DNA of 64,000 nt from Anthoceros angustus (GCA_010909165.1 VJWM01000187.1:186001-250000), one strand, 5' to 3'. Shown: positions 34,253 to 49,449, numbered from the stretch's first letter. The notes: generated from the sequence alone by a model not told the origin. Program-made: numbers and translations.

Positions 34253-34924
34253 CCCCTATAGCCAAGTGGTGATGGTCCGAGTTTTGCAAGTCTATCAAAA
34301 GAACAACGTGTGCGGGCCGAGGAGATCGGCAAACCCCATGGTCAACCTTAAGGAGGCTCAACGATCCTTCAAGGGAGACTTGGAGGTGAGGTCACATGGC
34401 GACCTTCAAGGAGGACATCCAACAAGCTGGGCATCAAAGCAGCCATCGGAGGCCCAAACTGCAGGCAACAAATTTGAGAAATGAAGCGTTAAGAGAGTCT
34501 AGGAGTCCAATATCTTTGCCGACCCCTTGAGAACTTTGTGCAAGATAAGATGCTTTCAAGGTTAGGCTAGGTCGGTGTTGAGAGAGCTAAGAGCCGAGAG
34601 GAGAGTTGAGGAGGCGAGGAGGCGAGGAGGCGAGGAGGCGAGAGGTAGCCGCCTTCTCAATTCGGCACAACGGCATTTGTTTTTTATGTTTGTTGTTCAA
34701 TGTCCGCCGTGGTTTCCTCGACAATTTCAAACTTATTGGTGGAAAAGATTAAACATCCAAGCTTGAGCAAATCGCACTACTATATAGGATTTTACATCTA
34801 TCGAGATTAGGTTCATACATATCGAGGTTATGTCAACTCAAAAGTCTATATATGGAGGAAGGCTCCCATGGACTAAACATTATATTAAGCTAGTCATACC
34901 GTGTGCATTCGATCTTGATAGAAA

Positions 34925-37640
34925 ATGGAACTTCTAGCTTCTCAAGTCTTGTTTATAGTTTTGGTGTCTTTTGTTATACTTTGTAACAAACCCATGCCAA
35001 GACATGCATCACGTCATGGATGGAAAACTCGTAGCCTTCTCCAAGATTGTAAGTGAAGTACTATCCTCAAACATTCTTTAGGTGTATCGTCTAAATTTGG
35101 GATTTGTTGGAGTTCATTGGTGGATCCGTTTACTCTTTGCAGCGGATCGTAAGATGGGGTAAACTATGGCCAGCTTGGAGATCATTTACCACCTCCTTGA
35201 GAGGTTGTTCGGTGGCTTGGGACATTGGACATTGGGCACGCGTCAAAATATTCACTACAATTCCGCCATCATTCAAGCCTTTGCAAATTCAGTGCAACTT
35301 TCTATCATGGTGCCCAATAATGAGGTGAGGCTAGCTAGCAATGAGCAAACCGCAGCAGTGCAAAACAATGTGGTAGCATTTCCTTGACCAATATTGCCAT
35401 GATTTTGGTCGGTAATGAAATACTATCCTACTCGACGCAGAGAACAAGGCATTATGGACCCAAATAGTCCCGCTATGCAAAATGTCCAAGTAAGTTCTCA
35501 TGTCTTTTGCATCACTTGAAATCATATTTTCTAGACGATAAGAATACTAATGTCTTTTGTCTCTTTGATGCTCATTAGTAACTCATGGCCTTGGCGATCA
35601 AATCAAAGTATCGACTTGTCTAGCATTTGATGCCTTAAATGTTTCATATCCACCTTGACAAGTGTTTTCGTGAGGACATCATAGATTACGTCATCAAACC
35701 TCTATTGAGTTTTTGGACTCTACTTCCTCACCTTTTATGCTCAATGTATATCCATATTTCGCTTATGCATCGATCCCACGCATATATCCTTAGAATATGC
35801 TACTTTTGGGAATAATGCAACATCCGCTTCGATGGGTCATTAGTATATCATAATGTGCTTGATGCGCGATTAGATGCATTTACCATGCTATGATCTCGTA
35901 GGTTTTCATCCGTTAATATCCAAATATCGAAAGGATGGCCTTGAGGTGGTGAGAACACAATCGGTGCAAACATAGAAACCGCAGCTTCATATAATCGAGG
36001 CTGGTGCAAAAGATGATGGCATCGGAAGGCACGCCATTGAGACCTAATGAGTATATCCAAACATTCTTTAGGTGTATCGTCTAAATTTGGGATTTGTTGG
36101 AGTTCATTGGTGGATCCGTTTACTCTTGCTGGATCGTAAGATGGGGTAAACTATGGCCAGCTTGAGATCATTTACCACCTCCTTGAGAGGTTGTTCGTGG
36201 CTTGGGACATTGGACATTGGGCACAAAATATTCGACTACAATTCCGCCATCATTCAAGCCTTTGCAAATTCAGTGCAACTTTCTATCATGGTGCCCAATA
36301 ATGAGGTGAGGCTAGCTAGCAATGAGCAAACCGCAGCTTCATATAATCGAGGCTGGTGCAAAACAATGTGGTAGCATTTCCTTGACCAATATTGCCATGA
36401 TTTTGGTGTAATGAAATACTATCCTACTCGACGCAGAACAAGGCATTATGGACCCAAATAGTCCCGCTATGCAAAATGTCCACAAGTAAGTTCTCATGTC
36501 TTTGCATCACTTGAAATCATATTTTCTAGACGACGATATAAGAATACTAATGTCTTTTGTCTCTTTGATGCTTCATTAGTAACTCATGGCCTTGGCGATC
36601 AAATCAAAGTATCGACTTGTCTAGCATTTGATGCCTTAAATGTTTCATATCCACCTTCAGCAAGTGTTTTCGTGAGGACATCATAGATTCCGCCATCAAA
36701 CCTCTATTGAGTTTTTGGACTCTACTTCCTCACCTTTTATGCTCAATGTATATCCATATTTCGCTTATGCATCGATCCCACGCATATATCCTTAGAATAT
36801 GCTACTTTTGGGAATAATGCAACATCCGCTTCGATGGGTCATTAGTATATCATAATGTGCTTGATGCGCAGCTTAGATGCATTTACCATGCTATGATCTC
36901 GTAGGTTTTCATCCGTTAATATCCAAATATCGAAACAGGATGGCCTTCGTGGAGGTGGTGAGAACACAATCGGTGCAAACATAGAAACCGCAGCTTCATA
37001 TAATCGAGGCTGGTGCAAAAGATGATGGCATCGGAAGGCACGCCATTGAGACCTAATGAGTATATCCAAACATTCATTTTGCTCTCTTTAATGAAGATTT
37101 AAAATCGGAGCCGATCTGAGCAACATTTTGGAGCATTTTATCGGATAAAAGTCCAGGTTTATGCTCTAGATTGGACTGGTCAAACAACCAATTACAATGA
37201 TCCACCCGCTAACTCAAGTATGGTACCATTATGGTGTGTAGCAAATCCAATCGCATCACCAAGAACTTCAAAAGGTATACTCTTTGCATGCGGTTCGGGA
37301 GTGATTGATTGCAAGCCCATTCAAGTAGGGGTGCTTGTTTGGATCAAATAATGTTCAAGCCCATGCTTCATGGGCCTTCGACTCATATTGGGCATTGGGA
37401 ACAATTTACGGAGCCAAGGACACATGTGACTTTAACAAAACTATACTTACTTTATTGATCCAAGTAAGTTCTCAATTCCTTTATGTAATCACTTATTTTA
37501 TGATGCATTGAATATATTATTGAGTTTTTATTTTATTTTATTACTAACAATATCTACAAATTATAGGCACATCAAGTTGTATCTATCCTCATCCGATTGG
37601 CAATGCTCCTCTCACTACGACCTCAACTTCATATCCAGTC
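34925..37640 (+). pseudogene. GH17-X8 beta-1,3-glucanase copy with ~1 kb internal duplication (jump at ~36060), frameshifted as assembled
   Basis: Signal exon MELLASQVLFIVLVSFVILC, GVNYGQLGDHLPPP, VKIFDY, LVGNE, LNVYPYFAY, GTPLRP. Everything from intron 1 is repeated before X8. Confidence 0.85.
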
Positions 37641-40600
37641 CTTTAGATCTATATATATCTATGATGTTTTCTCGTGTTCATGATAACACGTACAAACTTT
37701 TAGAATTGTTGCTCATGTAACTCTTGAGTTTGGTTGTTCTAGTTAGAGCTATTCTATTTCCTATGTTCCAACTCTTTTAGGTTGGCTGTTTTAGTTGGAA
37801 TAATTCTATTGATATATTTTATTACATTATTCTATTTACGTATCTCCAAGACCTTGCGTCCTATGTGACCGCACACCGGCTTTATCTTCACACCTTGATG
37901 GTGGCGGTGGTACCGCATTCATGATGCTTTAGAAATATTGTTACAACACATACATCTAAAACATAGAAGAGACATCGAATCGAGTGCATGAAAGAAATTA
38001 TGGACGAGAAAGTCGCACTCCATACAAGTCTTTATGCCTATGATTTTGAGAATGTAGCTCATCACGACTAGAAAGCTATGCACCATCCGCCTTGTGTCCA
38101 CCAGTTTGACTGCTTCCATGCCCTCGCTCTTTTCTTCACTTTGCATCCATGCCGCATAAAATCTTTCTTTTCAAGCATCAACGCTTCATGGAAAGCAAGG
38201 CGTCCCACCTCCACATTGCTCCACTTTCGACAAAGCACCCGGCGTGCACATCATGCTTTCCTCTCTCATTCTATGGACCAAGTCGAAGATCGCCTCACTC
38301 TCCCTTGACAATAGCACGCAATGAGGCGTTCCAGTCACAAGGCTTTTTTCAGACAACGTATCAAACACTTGTTGTGCGTCAACAAGGCTCCCAAGCTTCC
38401 CCTACTTGTTAGTCAAATTGTCAGGTTGGTTTACAGGCCTTGTTCTAGTATCTGAACATGTACGTGCCTTCCAAGATGCAGAGCTGCTACGTTTGCGCAT
38501 ATATGCTTGGAGAATGTTGAGGAATCAGGTACCGCCATGCCTTCAAGCTTGTAGCATACCCCTGTTGAAAGGAAGGTCTTCCTGCGGACCCCCTGCCCTC
38601 CTTATAGGCACGGGTCCAAGTCACCACATCTTTTTGACCAAGTCCATCAAAAGCTCTCCGCACCCATAGTACTGCCCTCCTCATAGGCACGGGTCCAAGT
38701 CACCACATCTTTTGACCAAGTCCATCAAAACATCTCCGCACCCATAGTACTGGCCTCCCTTGTGTGTGGTCTTCGCCCGAGATTACCCGTTGATAAAACT
38801 TAAAGTCGTGCCCAAACTTTCCGCCAATGTATAGTGATAAAGGACACGGTCCTCAAATGTCGTGAACGCATCTTTGGTGAGTTTGAAGGATAAGTTGCAC
38901 ATGAGTTTGGAGGATAAGCGGTGGACACTCATCTCAGCTCTAAAATCTCCATAGAAAAACAGCGCACAAAACTATCCCGGAGCTTGTCACGGCTAGGAAA
39001 TATGACCGAGCAAGGTAATCAACCAACTAATGCCAAACAAACCGAGACTAGTAAGAGCGGGCGGACAAGCCCCTATAGCCAAGTGGTGATGGTCCGAGTT
39101 TTGCAAGTCTATCAAAAGAACAACGTGTGCGGAGGGCCGAGGAGATCGGCAAACCCCATGGTCAACCTTAAGGAGGCTCAGCGATCCTTCAAGGGAGACT
39201 TGCGGAGGTGAGGTCACATGGCGACCTTCAAGGAGGACATCCAACAACTGGGCATCAAGCAGCCATCGGAGGCCCAAGCACGGGCAACAAATTTGAGAAA
39301 TGAGCGTTAAGAGAGTCTAGGAGTCCAATATCTTTGCCGACCCTTGGAGAACTTTGTGCAGATAAGGCGGTTTTCAAGGTTAGGCTAGGTCGGTGTTGAA
39401 GAGAGCTAAGAGTCGAGAGCCGAGAGTGAGCCGAGAGTTGAGAGTTGAGAGCGAGAGGAGAGCCGAGAGTGAGAGCCGAGAGCGAGAGGTAGCCTGCCTT
39501 CTCAATTGACTGTGACATTTGTTTTTATGTTTGTTGTTCAATGTCCGCCGTGGTTTCCTCCTCGACAATTTCAAACTTATTGGTGGAAAAGATTAAACAT
39601 CCAAGCTTGAGCAAATCGCACTACTATATAGGATTTTACATCTATCGAGATTAGGTTCATACATATCGAGGTTATGTCAACTCAAAAGTCTATATGGAGG
39701 AAGGCTCCATGGACTAAACATTATATTAAGCTAGTCATACCGTGCATTGGTCTTGACAGATTACCCGTTGATAAAACTTAAAGTCGTGCCCAAACTTTCC
39801 GCCAATGTATAGTGATAAAGGACACGGTCCTCAAATGTCGTGAGCATCTTTGGTGAGTTTGAAGGATAAGTTGCACATGAGTTTGGAGGATAAGCATGGA
39901 CACTCATCTCGTGCTCTAAAATCTCCATAGAAAAACAGCGCACAAAACTATCCTGGAGCTTGTCACCGACGGCTAGGAAATAGTGAAGCAAGGTAATCAA
40001 CCAACTAATGCCAAACAAACCGAGACTAGTAAGAGCGGGCGGACAAGCCCCTATAGCCAAGTGGTGATGGTCCGAGTTTTGCAAGTCTATCAAAAGAACA
40101 ACGTGTGCGGAGGAGATCGGCTAAACCCCATGGTCAACCTTAAGGAGGCTCAACGATCCTTCAAGGGAGACTTGCGGAGGTGAGGTCACATGACGACCTT
40201 CAAGGAGGACATCCAACAATGGGCATCAAAAGCAGCCATCGGAGGCCCAAGCTGCGGGCAACAAATTTGAGAAATGAACGTTAAGAGAGTCTAGGAGTCC
40301 AATATCTTTGCCGACCCTTGAGAGGCTTTTCAAGGTTAGGCTAGGTCGGTGTTGAAGAGAGCTAAGAGTCGAGAGCCGAGAGTGAGAGCCGAGAGTTGAG
40401 AGTTGAGAGGTGAGGCGAGGAGGCGAGAGGAGGCGAGAGGTAGCCCGCCTTCTCAATTCGCACAACGGCATTTGTTTTTATGTTTGTTGTTCAATGTCCG
40501 CCGTGGTTTCCTCCGACAATTTCAAACTTATTGGTGGAAAAGATTAAACATCCAAGCTTGAGCAAATCGCACTACTATATAGGATTTTACATCTATCGAG

Positions 40601-40715
40601 ATTAGGTTCATACATATCGAGGTTATGTCAACTCAAAAGTCTATATATGGAGGAAGGCTCCATGGACTAAACATTATATTAAGCTAGTCATACCGTGCAT
40701 TCGTCTTGATAGAAA

Positions 40716-41080
40716 ATGGAACTTCTAGCTTCTCAAGTCTTGTTTATAGTTTTGGTGTCTTTTGTTATACTTTGTAACAAACCCATGCCAAGACATGCAT
40801 CACGTCATGGATGGAAAACTCGTAGCCTTCTCCAAGATTGTAAGTGAAGTACTATCCTCAAACATTCTTTAGGTGTATCGTCTAAATTTGGGATTTGTTG
40901 GAGTTCATTGGTGGATCCGTTTACTCTTTGCAGCGGATCGTAAGATGGGGTAAACTATGGCCAGCTTGGAGATCATTTACCACCTCCTTCAGAGGTTGTT
41001 CGATGGCTTGGGACATTGGACATTGGGCACGCGTCAAAATATTCGACTACAATTCCGCCATCATTCAAGCCTTTGCAAAT
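40716..41080 (+). pseudogene. 3'-truncated GH17 copy
   Basis: Exon 1, intron and start of exon 2, then a jump into the LINE-like segment. Confidence 0.85.
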
Positions 41081-41653
41081 TCGGCAAACCCCATGGTCAA
41101 CCTTAAGGAGGCTCAACGATCCTTCAAGGGAGACTTGCGGAGGTGAGGTCACATGACGACCTTCAAGGAGGACATCCAACAATGGGCATCAAACAGCCAT
41201 CGGAGGCCCAAGCTGCGGGCAACAAATTTGAGAAATGAACGTTAAGAGAGTCTAGGAGTCCAATATCTTTGCCGACCCTTGAGAACTTTGTGCAGCATAA
41301 GGCGGTTTTCAAGGTTAGGCTAGGTCGGTGTTGAGAGGTGAGTTGAGAGAGTCGAGAGCCGAGAGTGAGTCGAGGAGGTAGCCCGCCTTCTCAATTCGCA
41401 CAACGGCATTTGTTTTTATGTTTGTTGTTCAATGTCCGCCGTGGTTTCCTCGACAATTTCAAACTTATTGGTGGAAAAGATTAAACATCCAAGCTTGAGC
41501 AAATCGCACTACTATATAGGATTTTACATCTATCGAGATTAGGTTCATACATATCGAGGTTATGTCAACTCAAAAGTCTATATATGGAGGAAGGCTCCCA
41601 TGGACTAAACATTATATTAAGCTAGTCATACCGTGCATTCATCTTGATAGAAA

Positions 41654-42161
41654 ATGGAACTTCTAGCTTCTCAAGTCTTGTTTATAGTTTTGGTGTCTTT
41701 TGTTATACTTTGTAACAAACCCATGCCAAGACATGCATCACGTCATGGATGGAAAACTCGTAGCCTTCTCCAAGATTGTAAGTGAAGTACTATCCTCAAA
41801 CATTCTTTAGGTGTATCGTCTAAATTTGGGATTTGTTGGAGTTCATTGGTGGATCCGTTTACTCTTTGCGCGGATCGTAAGATGGGGTAAACTATGGCCA
41901 GCTTGAGATCATTTACCACCTCCTTCAGAGGTTGTTCGTGGCTTGGGACATTGGACATTGGGCACGTCAAAATATTCGACTACAATTCCGCCATCATTCA
42001 AGCCTTTGCAAATTCAGTGCAACTTTCTATCATGGTGCCCAATAATGAGGTGACAGGCTAGCTAGCAATGAGCAAAGCAGCAGACTGGTGCAAAACAATG
42101 TGGTAGCATTTCCTTGACCAATATTGCCATGATTTTGGTGGTAATGAAATACTATCCTACT
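41654..42161 (+). pseudogene. 3'-truncated GH17 copy
   Basis: Exon 1 to just after VGNE, then a jump into the PPR segment at CCTACT. Confidence 0.85.
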
Positions 42162-43429
42162 TGTTAGTCAAATTGTCACTACAAACAGTTGGTTTGCAGG
42201 CCTTGTTCTAGTATCCGAACATGTACGTGCCTTCCAAGATGCAGTACTACGTTTGCATATATGCTTGGAGAATGTTGAGGAATCGTACCGCCATGCCTTC
42301 AAGCTTGTAGCATACCCCTGAAAGGAAGGTCTTCATGCGGACCCCTGCCCTCCTCATAGGCACGGGTCCAAGTCACCACATCTTTTGACCAAGTCCATCA
42401 AAAGCTCTCCGCACCCATAGCTGGCCTCCCTTGTGTGTGGTCTTCGGCTCGAGATTACCCGTTGATAAAACTTAAAGTCGTGCCCAAACTTTCCTGCCAA
42501 TGTATAGTGATAAAGGACCCGGTCCTCAAATGTCGTGAACGCATGCTGGTGAGTTTGAAGGATAAGTTGCACATGAGTTTGGAGGATAAGCAGCTGGACA
42601 CTCATCTCAGGCTCTAAAATCTCCATAGAAAAACAGCGCACAAAACTATCCTGGAGCTTGTCACCGACGGCCAGGAAATAGCTGACCGAGCAAGGTAATC
42701 AACCAACTAATGCCAAACAAACCGAGACTAGTAAGAGCGGGCGGACAAGCCCCCTATAGCCAAGTGGTGATGGTCCGAGTTTTGCAAGTCTATCAAAAGA
42801 ACAACGTGCAGAGGGCCGAGGAGATCAAAAGACAAACCCCATGGTCAACCTTAAGGAGGCTCAACGATCCTTCAAGGGAGACTTGGAGGTGAGGTCACAT
42901 GACGACCTTCAAGGAGGACATCCAACAACTGGGCATCAAGCAGCCATCGGAGGCCCAAGCACGGGCAACAAATTTGAGAAATGAGCGTTAAGAGAGTCTA
43001 GGAGTCCAATATCTTTGCCGACCCTTGAGAACTTTGTGCAGATAAGGCGGTTTTCAAGGTTAGGCTAGGTCGGTGTTGAAGAGAGCTAAGAGTCGAGAGA
43101 GCGAGAGTTGAGAGCGAGAGGAGAGCCGAGAGCCGAGAGCCGAGGCGAGGAGGTAGCCCGCCTTCTCAATTCGCACAACGGCATTTGTTTTTATGTTTGT
43201 TGTTCAATGTCCGCCGTGGTTTCCTCCGACAATTTCAAACTTATTGGTGGAAAAGATTAAACATCCAAGCTTGAGCAAATCGCACTACTATATAGGATTT
43301 TACATCTATCGAGATTAGGTTCATACATATCGAGGTTATGTCAACTCAAAAGTCTATATATGGAGGAAGGCTCCCATGGACTAAACATTATATTAAGCTA
43401 GTCATACCGTGCATTCATCTTGATAGAAA

Positions 43430-45137
43430 ATGGAACTTCTAGCTTCTCAAGTCTTGTTTATAGTTTTGGTGTCTTTTGTTATACTTTGTAACAAACCCAT
43501 GCCAAGACATGCATCACGTCATGGATGGAAAACTCGTAGCCTTCTCCAAGATTGTAAGTGAAGTACTATCCTCAAACATTCTTTAGGTGTATCGTCTAAA
43601 TTTGGGATTTGTTGGAGTTCATTGGTGGATCCGTTTACTCTTTGCGGATCGTAAGATGGGGTAAACTATGGCCAGCTTGGAGATCATTTACCACCTCCTT
43701 GAGGTTGTTCGTGGCTTGGGACATTGGACATTGGGCACGTCAAAATATTCGACTACAATTCCGCCATCATTCAAGCCTTTGCAAATTCAGTGCAACTTTC
43801 TATCATGGTGCCCAATAATGAGGTGATGTGGCTAGCTAGCAATGAGCAAAGCAGCAGACTGGTGCAAAACAATGTGGTAGCATTTCCTTGACCAATATTG
43901 CCATGATTTTGGTGGTAATGAAATACTATCCTACTCGACGCAGAGAACAAGGCATTATGGACCCAAATAGTCCCCGCTATGCAAAATGTCCACAAGTAAG
44001 TTCTCATGTCTTTTGCATCACTTGAAATCATATTTTCTAGGCGACGATAAGAATACTAATGTCTTTTGTCTCTTTGATTCATTAGTAACTCATGGCCTTA
44101 GCGATCAAATCAAAGTATCGACTTGTCTAGCATTTGATGCCTTAAATGTTTCATATCCACCTTGACAAGTGTTTTTCGTGAGGACATCATAGATTCTCAT
44201 CAAACCTCTATTGAGTTTTTGGACTCTACTTCCTCACCTTTTATGCTCAATGTATATCCATATTTCGCTTATGCATCGATCCCACGCATATATCCTTAGA
44301 ATATGCTACTTTTGGGAATAATGCAACATCTTTCGATGGGTCATTAGTATATCATAATGTGCTTGATGCGCGATTAGATGCATTTACCATGCTATGATCT
44401 CAGGTTTTCATCATTAATATCCAAATATCGAAGCAGGATGGCCTTGAGGAGGTGGTGAGAACACAATCGGTGCAAAACATAGAAGCAGCTTCATATAATC
44501 GAGGTGCAAAAGATGATGGCATCGGAAGGCACGCCATTGAGACCTAATGAGTATATCCAAACATTCATTTTTGCTCTCTTTAATGAAGATTTAAAATGGA
44601 GCCGATCTGAGCAACATTTTGGAGCATTTTATCCGGATAAAAGTCCATTTATGCTCTAGATTGGACTGGTCAAACAACCAATTACAATGATCCACCCGCT
44701 AACTCAAGTATGGTACCATTATGGTGTGTAGCAAATCCAACGCATCACCAAGAACTTCAAAAGGTATACTCTTTGCATGCGGTTCGGAGTGATTGATTGC
44801 AAGCCCATTCAAGTAGGGGTGCTTGTTTGGATCCAAATAATGTTCAAGCCCATGCTTCATGGGCCTCGACTCATATTGGGCATTCGGGAACAATTTACGG
44901 AGCCAAGGACACATGTGACTTTAACAAAACAGCTATACTTACAGCTATTGATCCAAGTAAGTTCTCAATTCCTTTATGTAATCACTTATTTTATGATGCA
45001 TTGAATATATTATTGAGTTTTTATTTTATTTTATTACTAACAATATCTACAAATTATAGGCACATCAAGTTGTATCTATCCTCATCGATTGGCAATGCTC
45101 CTCACTACGACCTCAACTTCATATCCAGTCCTTTAGA
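43430..45137 (+). pseudogene. Full-length GH17-X8 beta-1,3-glucanase copy (4 exons), frameshifted as assembled
   Basis: All GH17 motifs plus X8 and a terminal STSSCIYP exon, with scattered 1-2 bp indels. Confidence 0.88.
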
Positions 45138-48100
45138 TCTATATATATCTATGATGTTTTTCTGTGTTCATGATAACACGTACAAACTTTTAAATTGTTG
45201 CTCATGTAACTCTTGAGTTTGGTTGTTCTAGTTAGAGCTATTCTATTTCCTATGTTCCAACTCTTTAGGTTGGCTGTTTTAGTTGGAATAATTCTATTGA
45301 TATATTTTATTCTGTTATTCTATTTACGTATCTCCAAGACCTTGCGTCTATGTGACCGCACACCGGCTTTATCTTCACACCTTGATGGTGGCGGTGGTAC
45401 CGCATTGATACTTTAGAAATATTGTTACAACACGGCATACATCTAAAACATAGAAGAGACATCGAATCGAAATGCATGAAAGAAATTATGGACGGCAGAA
45501 AGTCGCACTCCATACAAGTCTTTATGCCTATGATTTTGAGAATGTAGCTCATCCACGACTAGAAAGCTATGCACCAGTCCGCCCTTGTGTGTCCACGAGG
45601 TTTGACTGCTTCCATGCCCTCGCTCTTTTCTTCTACTTTGCATCCATGCCAAAATCTTTCTTTTCAAGCATCAACTGCTTCATGGAAAGCAAGCGTCCCA
45701 CCTCCACATTGCTCCACTTTCGACAAAGCACCGGCAGCGTGCACATCATGCTTTCCTCTCTCATTCTATGGACCAAGTCGAAGATCGCCTCACTCTCCCT
45801 TGGCCAATAGCCTGCAATGAGGCGTTCAGTCACAAGGCTTTTTCGACAACGTATCAAACACTTGTTGTGCGTCAACAAGGCTCCCAAGCTTCCTACTTGT
45901 TAGTCAAATTGTCACTACAAACAAAGTTGGTTTGCGGGCCTTGTTCTAGTATCGAACATGTACGTGCCTTCCAAGATGCGAGCGCTACGTTTGCATATAT
46001 GCTTGGAGAATGTTGAGAATGTACCGCCATGCCAAAATCTTTCTTTTCAAGCATCACTTCATGGAAAGCAAGGCGTCCCACCTCCACATTGCTCCACTTT
46101 CGACAAAGCACCGGCGTGCACATCATGCTTTCCTCTCTCATTCTATGGACCAAGTCGAAGATCGCCTCACTCTCCCTCGATGAATAGCCTCGCAATGAGA
46201 GCGTTCAGTCACAAGGCTTTTTCGGACAACGTATCAAACACTTGTTGTGCGTCAACAAGGCTCCCAAGCTTCCCTACTTGTTAGTCAAATTGTCACTACA
46301 AAGTTGGTTTGCAGGCCTTGTTCTAGTATCGAACATGTACGTGCCTTCCAAGATGCGAGTCTACGTTTGCATATATGCTTGGAGAATGTTGAGGAATCAG
46401 TACCGCCATGCCTTCAAGCTTGTAGCATACCCTGAAAGGAAGGTCTTCATGCGGACCCCGCCCTCCTCATAGGCACGGGTCCAAGTCACCACATCTTTTG
46501 ACCAAGTCCATCAAAACTGTCTCCGCACCCATAAGCTGGCCTCCCTTGTGTGTGGTCTTGACTCGAGATTACCCGTTGATAAAACTTAAAGTCGTGCCCA
46601 AACTTTCCTGCCAATGTATAGTGATAAAGGACACGGTCCTCAAATGTCGTGAACGCATGCCGTGAGTTTGAAGGATAAGTTGCACATGAGTTTGGAGGAT
46701 AAGCAATGGACACTCATCTCGTGCTCTAAAATCTCCATAGAAAACAGCGCACAAAACTATCACGGAGCTTGTCACCGACGGCTAGGAAATAGTGACGAGC
46801 AAGGTAATCAACCAACTAATGCCAAACAAACCGAGACTAGTAAGAGCGGGCGGACAAGCCCCTATAGCCAAGTGGTGATGGTCCGAGTTTTGCAAGTCTA
46901 TCAAAAGAACAACGTGTGCAGAGGGCCGAGGAGATCGGCACAAACCCCATGGTCAACCTTAAGGAGGCTCAACGATCCTTCAAGGAGACTTATGGAGGTG
47001 AGGTCACATGACGACCTTCAAGGAGGACATCCAACAAGCTGTTGGGCATCAAACAGCCATCGGAGGCCCAAGCTGCGGGCAACAAATTTGAGAAATGAGC
47101 GTTAAGAGAGTCTAGGAGTCCAATATCTTTGCCGACCCTTGGAGAACTTTGTGCAGCATAAGAGCTTTTCAAGGTTAGGCTAGGTCGGTGTTGAAGAGAG
47201 CTAAGAGCCGAGAGTTGAGAGCCGAGAGTTGAGAGTGAGGAGAGCGAGAGCCGAGAGCGAGAGGTAGCCCGCCTTCTCAATTCGCACAACGGCATTTGTT
47301 TTTATGTTTGTTGTTCAATGTCCGCCGTGGTTTCCTCGACAATTTCAAACTTATTGGTGGAAAAGATTAAACATCCAAGCTTGTAGCATACCCTGTTGAA
47401 AGGAAGGTCTTCATGCGGACCCCTGCCCTCCTCATAGGCACGGGTCCAAGTCACCACATCTTTTGACCAAGTCCATCAAAACTCTCGCACCCCGCAAGCT
47501 GGCCTCCCTTGTGTGGTCTTGCCCGAGATTACCCGTTGATAAAACTTAAAGTCGTGCCCAAACTTTCCTGCCAATGTATAGTGATAAAGGACACGGTCCT
47601 CAAATGTCGTGAACGCATGCCGTGAGTTTGAAGGATAAGTTGCACATGAGTTTGGAGGATAAGCATGGACACTCATCTCGTGCTCTAAAATCTCCATAGA
47701 AAACAGCGCACAAAACTATCCTGGAGCTTGTCACCGACGGCTAGGAAATAGTGAGCAAGGTAATCAACCAACTAATGCCAAACAAACCGAGACTAGTAAG
47801 AGCGGGCGACAAGCCCCTATAGCCAAGTGGTGATGGTCCGAGTTTTGCAAGTCTATCAAAAGAACAACGTGTGCAGAGGGCCGAGGAGATCGGCACAAAC
47901 CCCATGGTCAACCTTAAGGAGGCTCAACGATCCTTCAAGGAGACTTATGGAGGTGAGGTCACATGACGACCTTCAAGGAGGACATCCAACAAGCTGTTGG
48001 GCATCAAACAGCCATCGGAGGCCCAAGCTGCGGGCAACAAATTTGAGAAATGAGCGTTAAGAGAGTCTAGGAGTCCAATATCTTTGCCGACCCTTGGAGA

Positions 48101-49449
48101 ACTTTGTGCAGCATAAGAGCTTTTCAAGGTTAGGCTAGGTCGGTGTTGAAGAGAGCTAAGAGCCGAGAGTTGAGAGCCGAGAGTTGAGAGTGAGGAGAGC
48201 GAGAGCCGAGAGCGAGAGGTAGCCCGCCTTCTCAATTCGCACAACGGCATTTGTTTTTATGTTTGTTGTTCAATGTCCGCCGTGGTTTCCTCGACAATTT
48301 CAAACTTATTGGTGGAAAAGATTAAACATCAAGCTTGTAGCATACCCTGAAAGGAAGGTCTTCATGCGGACCCCTGCCCTCCTCATAGGCACGGGTCCAA
48401 GTCACCACATCTTTTGACCAAGTCCATCAAAACTCTCGCACCCCGCAAGCTGGCCTCCCTTGTGTGTGGTCTTGACCGAGATTACCCGTTGATAAAACTT
48501 AAAGTCGTGCCCAAACTTTCCTGCCAATGTATAGTGATAAAGGACACGGTCCTCAAATGTCGTGAACGCATCTGGTGAGTTTGAAGGATAAGTTGCACAT
48601 GAGTTTGGAGGATAAGCAGGACACTCATCTCGTGCTCTAAAATCTCCATAGAAAAAGCACAAAACTATCCTGGAGCTTGTCACCGACGGCTAGGAAATAG
48701 TGACGAGCAAGGTAATCAACCAACTAATGCCAAACAAACCGAGACTAGTAAGAGCGGGCGGACAAGCCCCTATAGCCAAGTGGTGATGGTCCAGTTTTGC
48801 AAGTCTATCAAAAGAACAACGTGTGCGAGGGCCGAGGAGATCGACAAACCCCATGGTCAACCTTAAGGAGGCTCAACGATCCTTCAAGGAGACTTATGGA
48901 GGTGAGGTCACATGACGACGACCTTCAAGGAGGACATCCAACAACTGTTGGGCATCAAACAGCCATCGGAGGCCCAAGCTGGGCAACAAATTTGAGAAAT
49001 GAACGTTAAGAGAGTCTAGGAGTCCAATATCTTTGCCGACCTTGAGAACTTTGTGCAGCATAAGAGCTTTTCAAGGTTAGGCTAGGTCGGTGTTGAAGAG
49101 AGCTAAGAGCCGAGAGTGAGCCGAGAGTTGAGAGCCGAGAGCCGAGAGCGAGAGCCGAGAGCGAGTCGAGAGGTAGCCCGCCTTCTCAATTCGCACAACG
49201 GCATTTGTTTTTATGTTTGTTGTTCAATGTCCGCCGTGGTTTCCTCGACAATTTCAAACTTATTGGTGGAAAAGATTAAACATCCAAGCTTGAGCAAATC
49301 GCACTACTATATAGGATTTTACATCTATCGAGATTAGGTTCATACATATCGAGGTTATGTCAACTCAAAAGTCTATATATGGAGGAAGGCTCCCATGGAC
49401 TAAACATTATATTAAGCTAGTCATACCGTGCATTCGGTCTTGATAGAAA

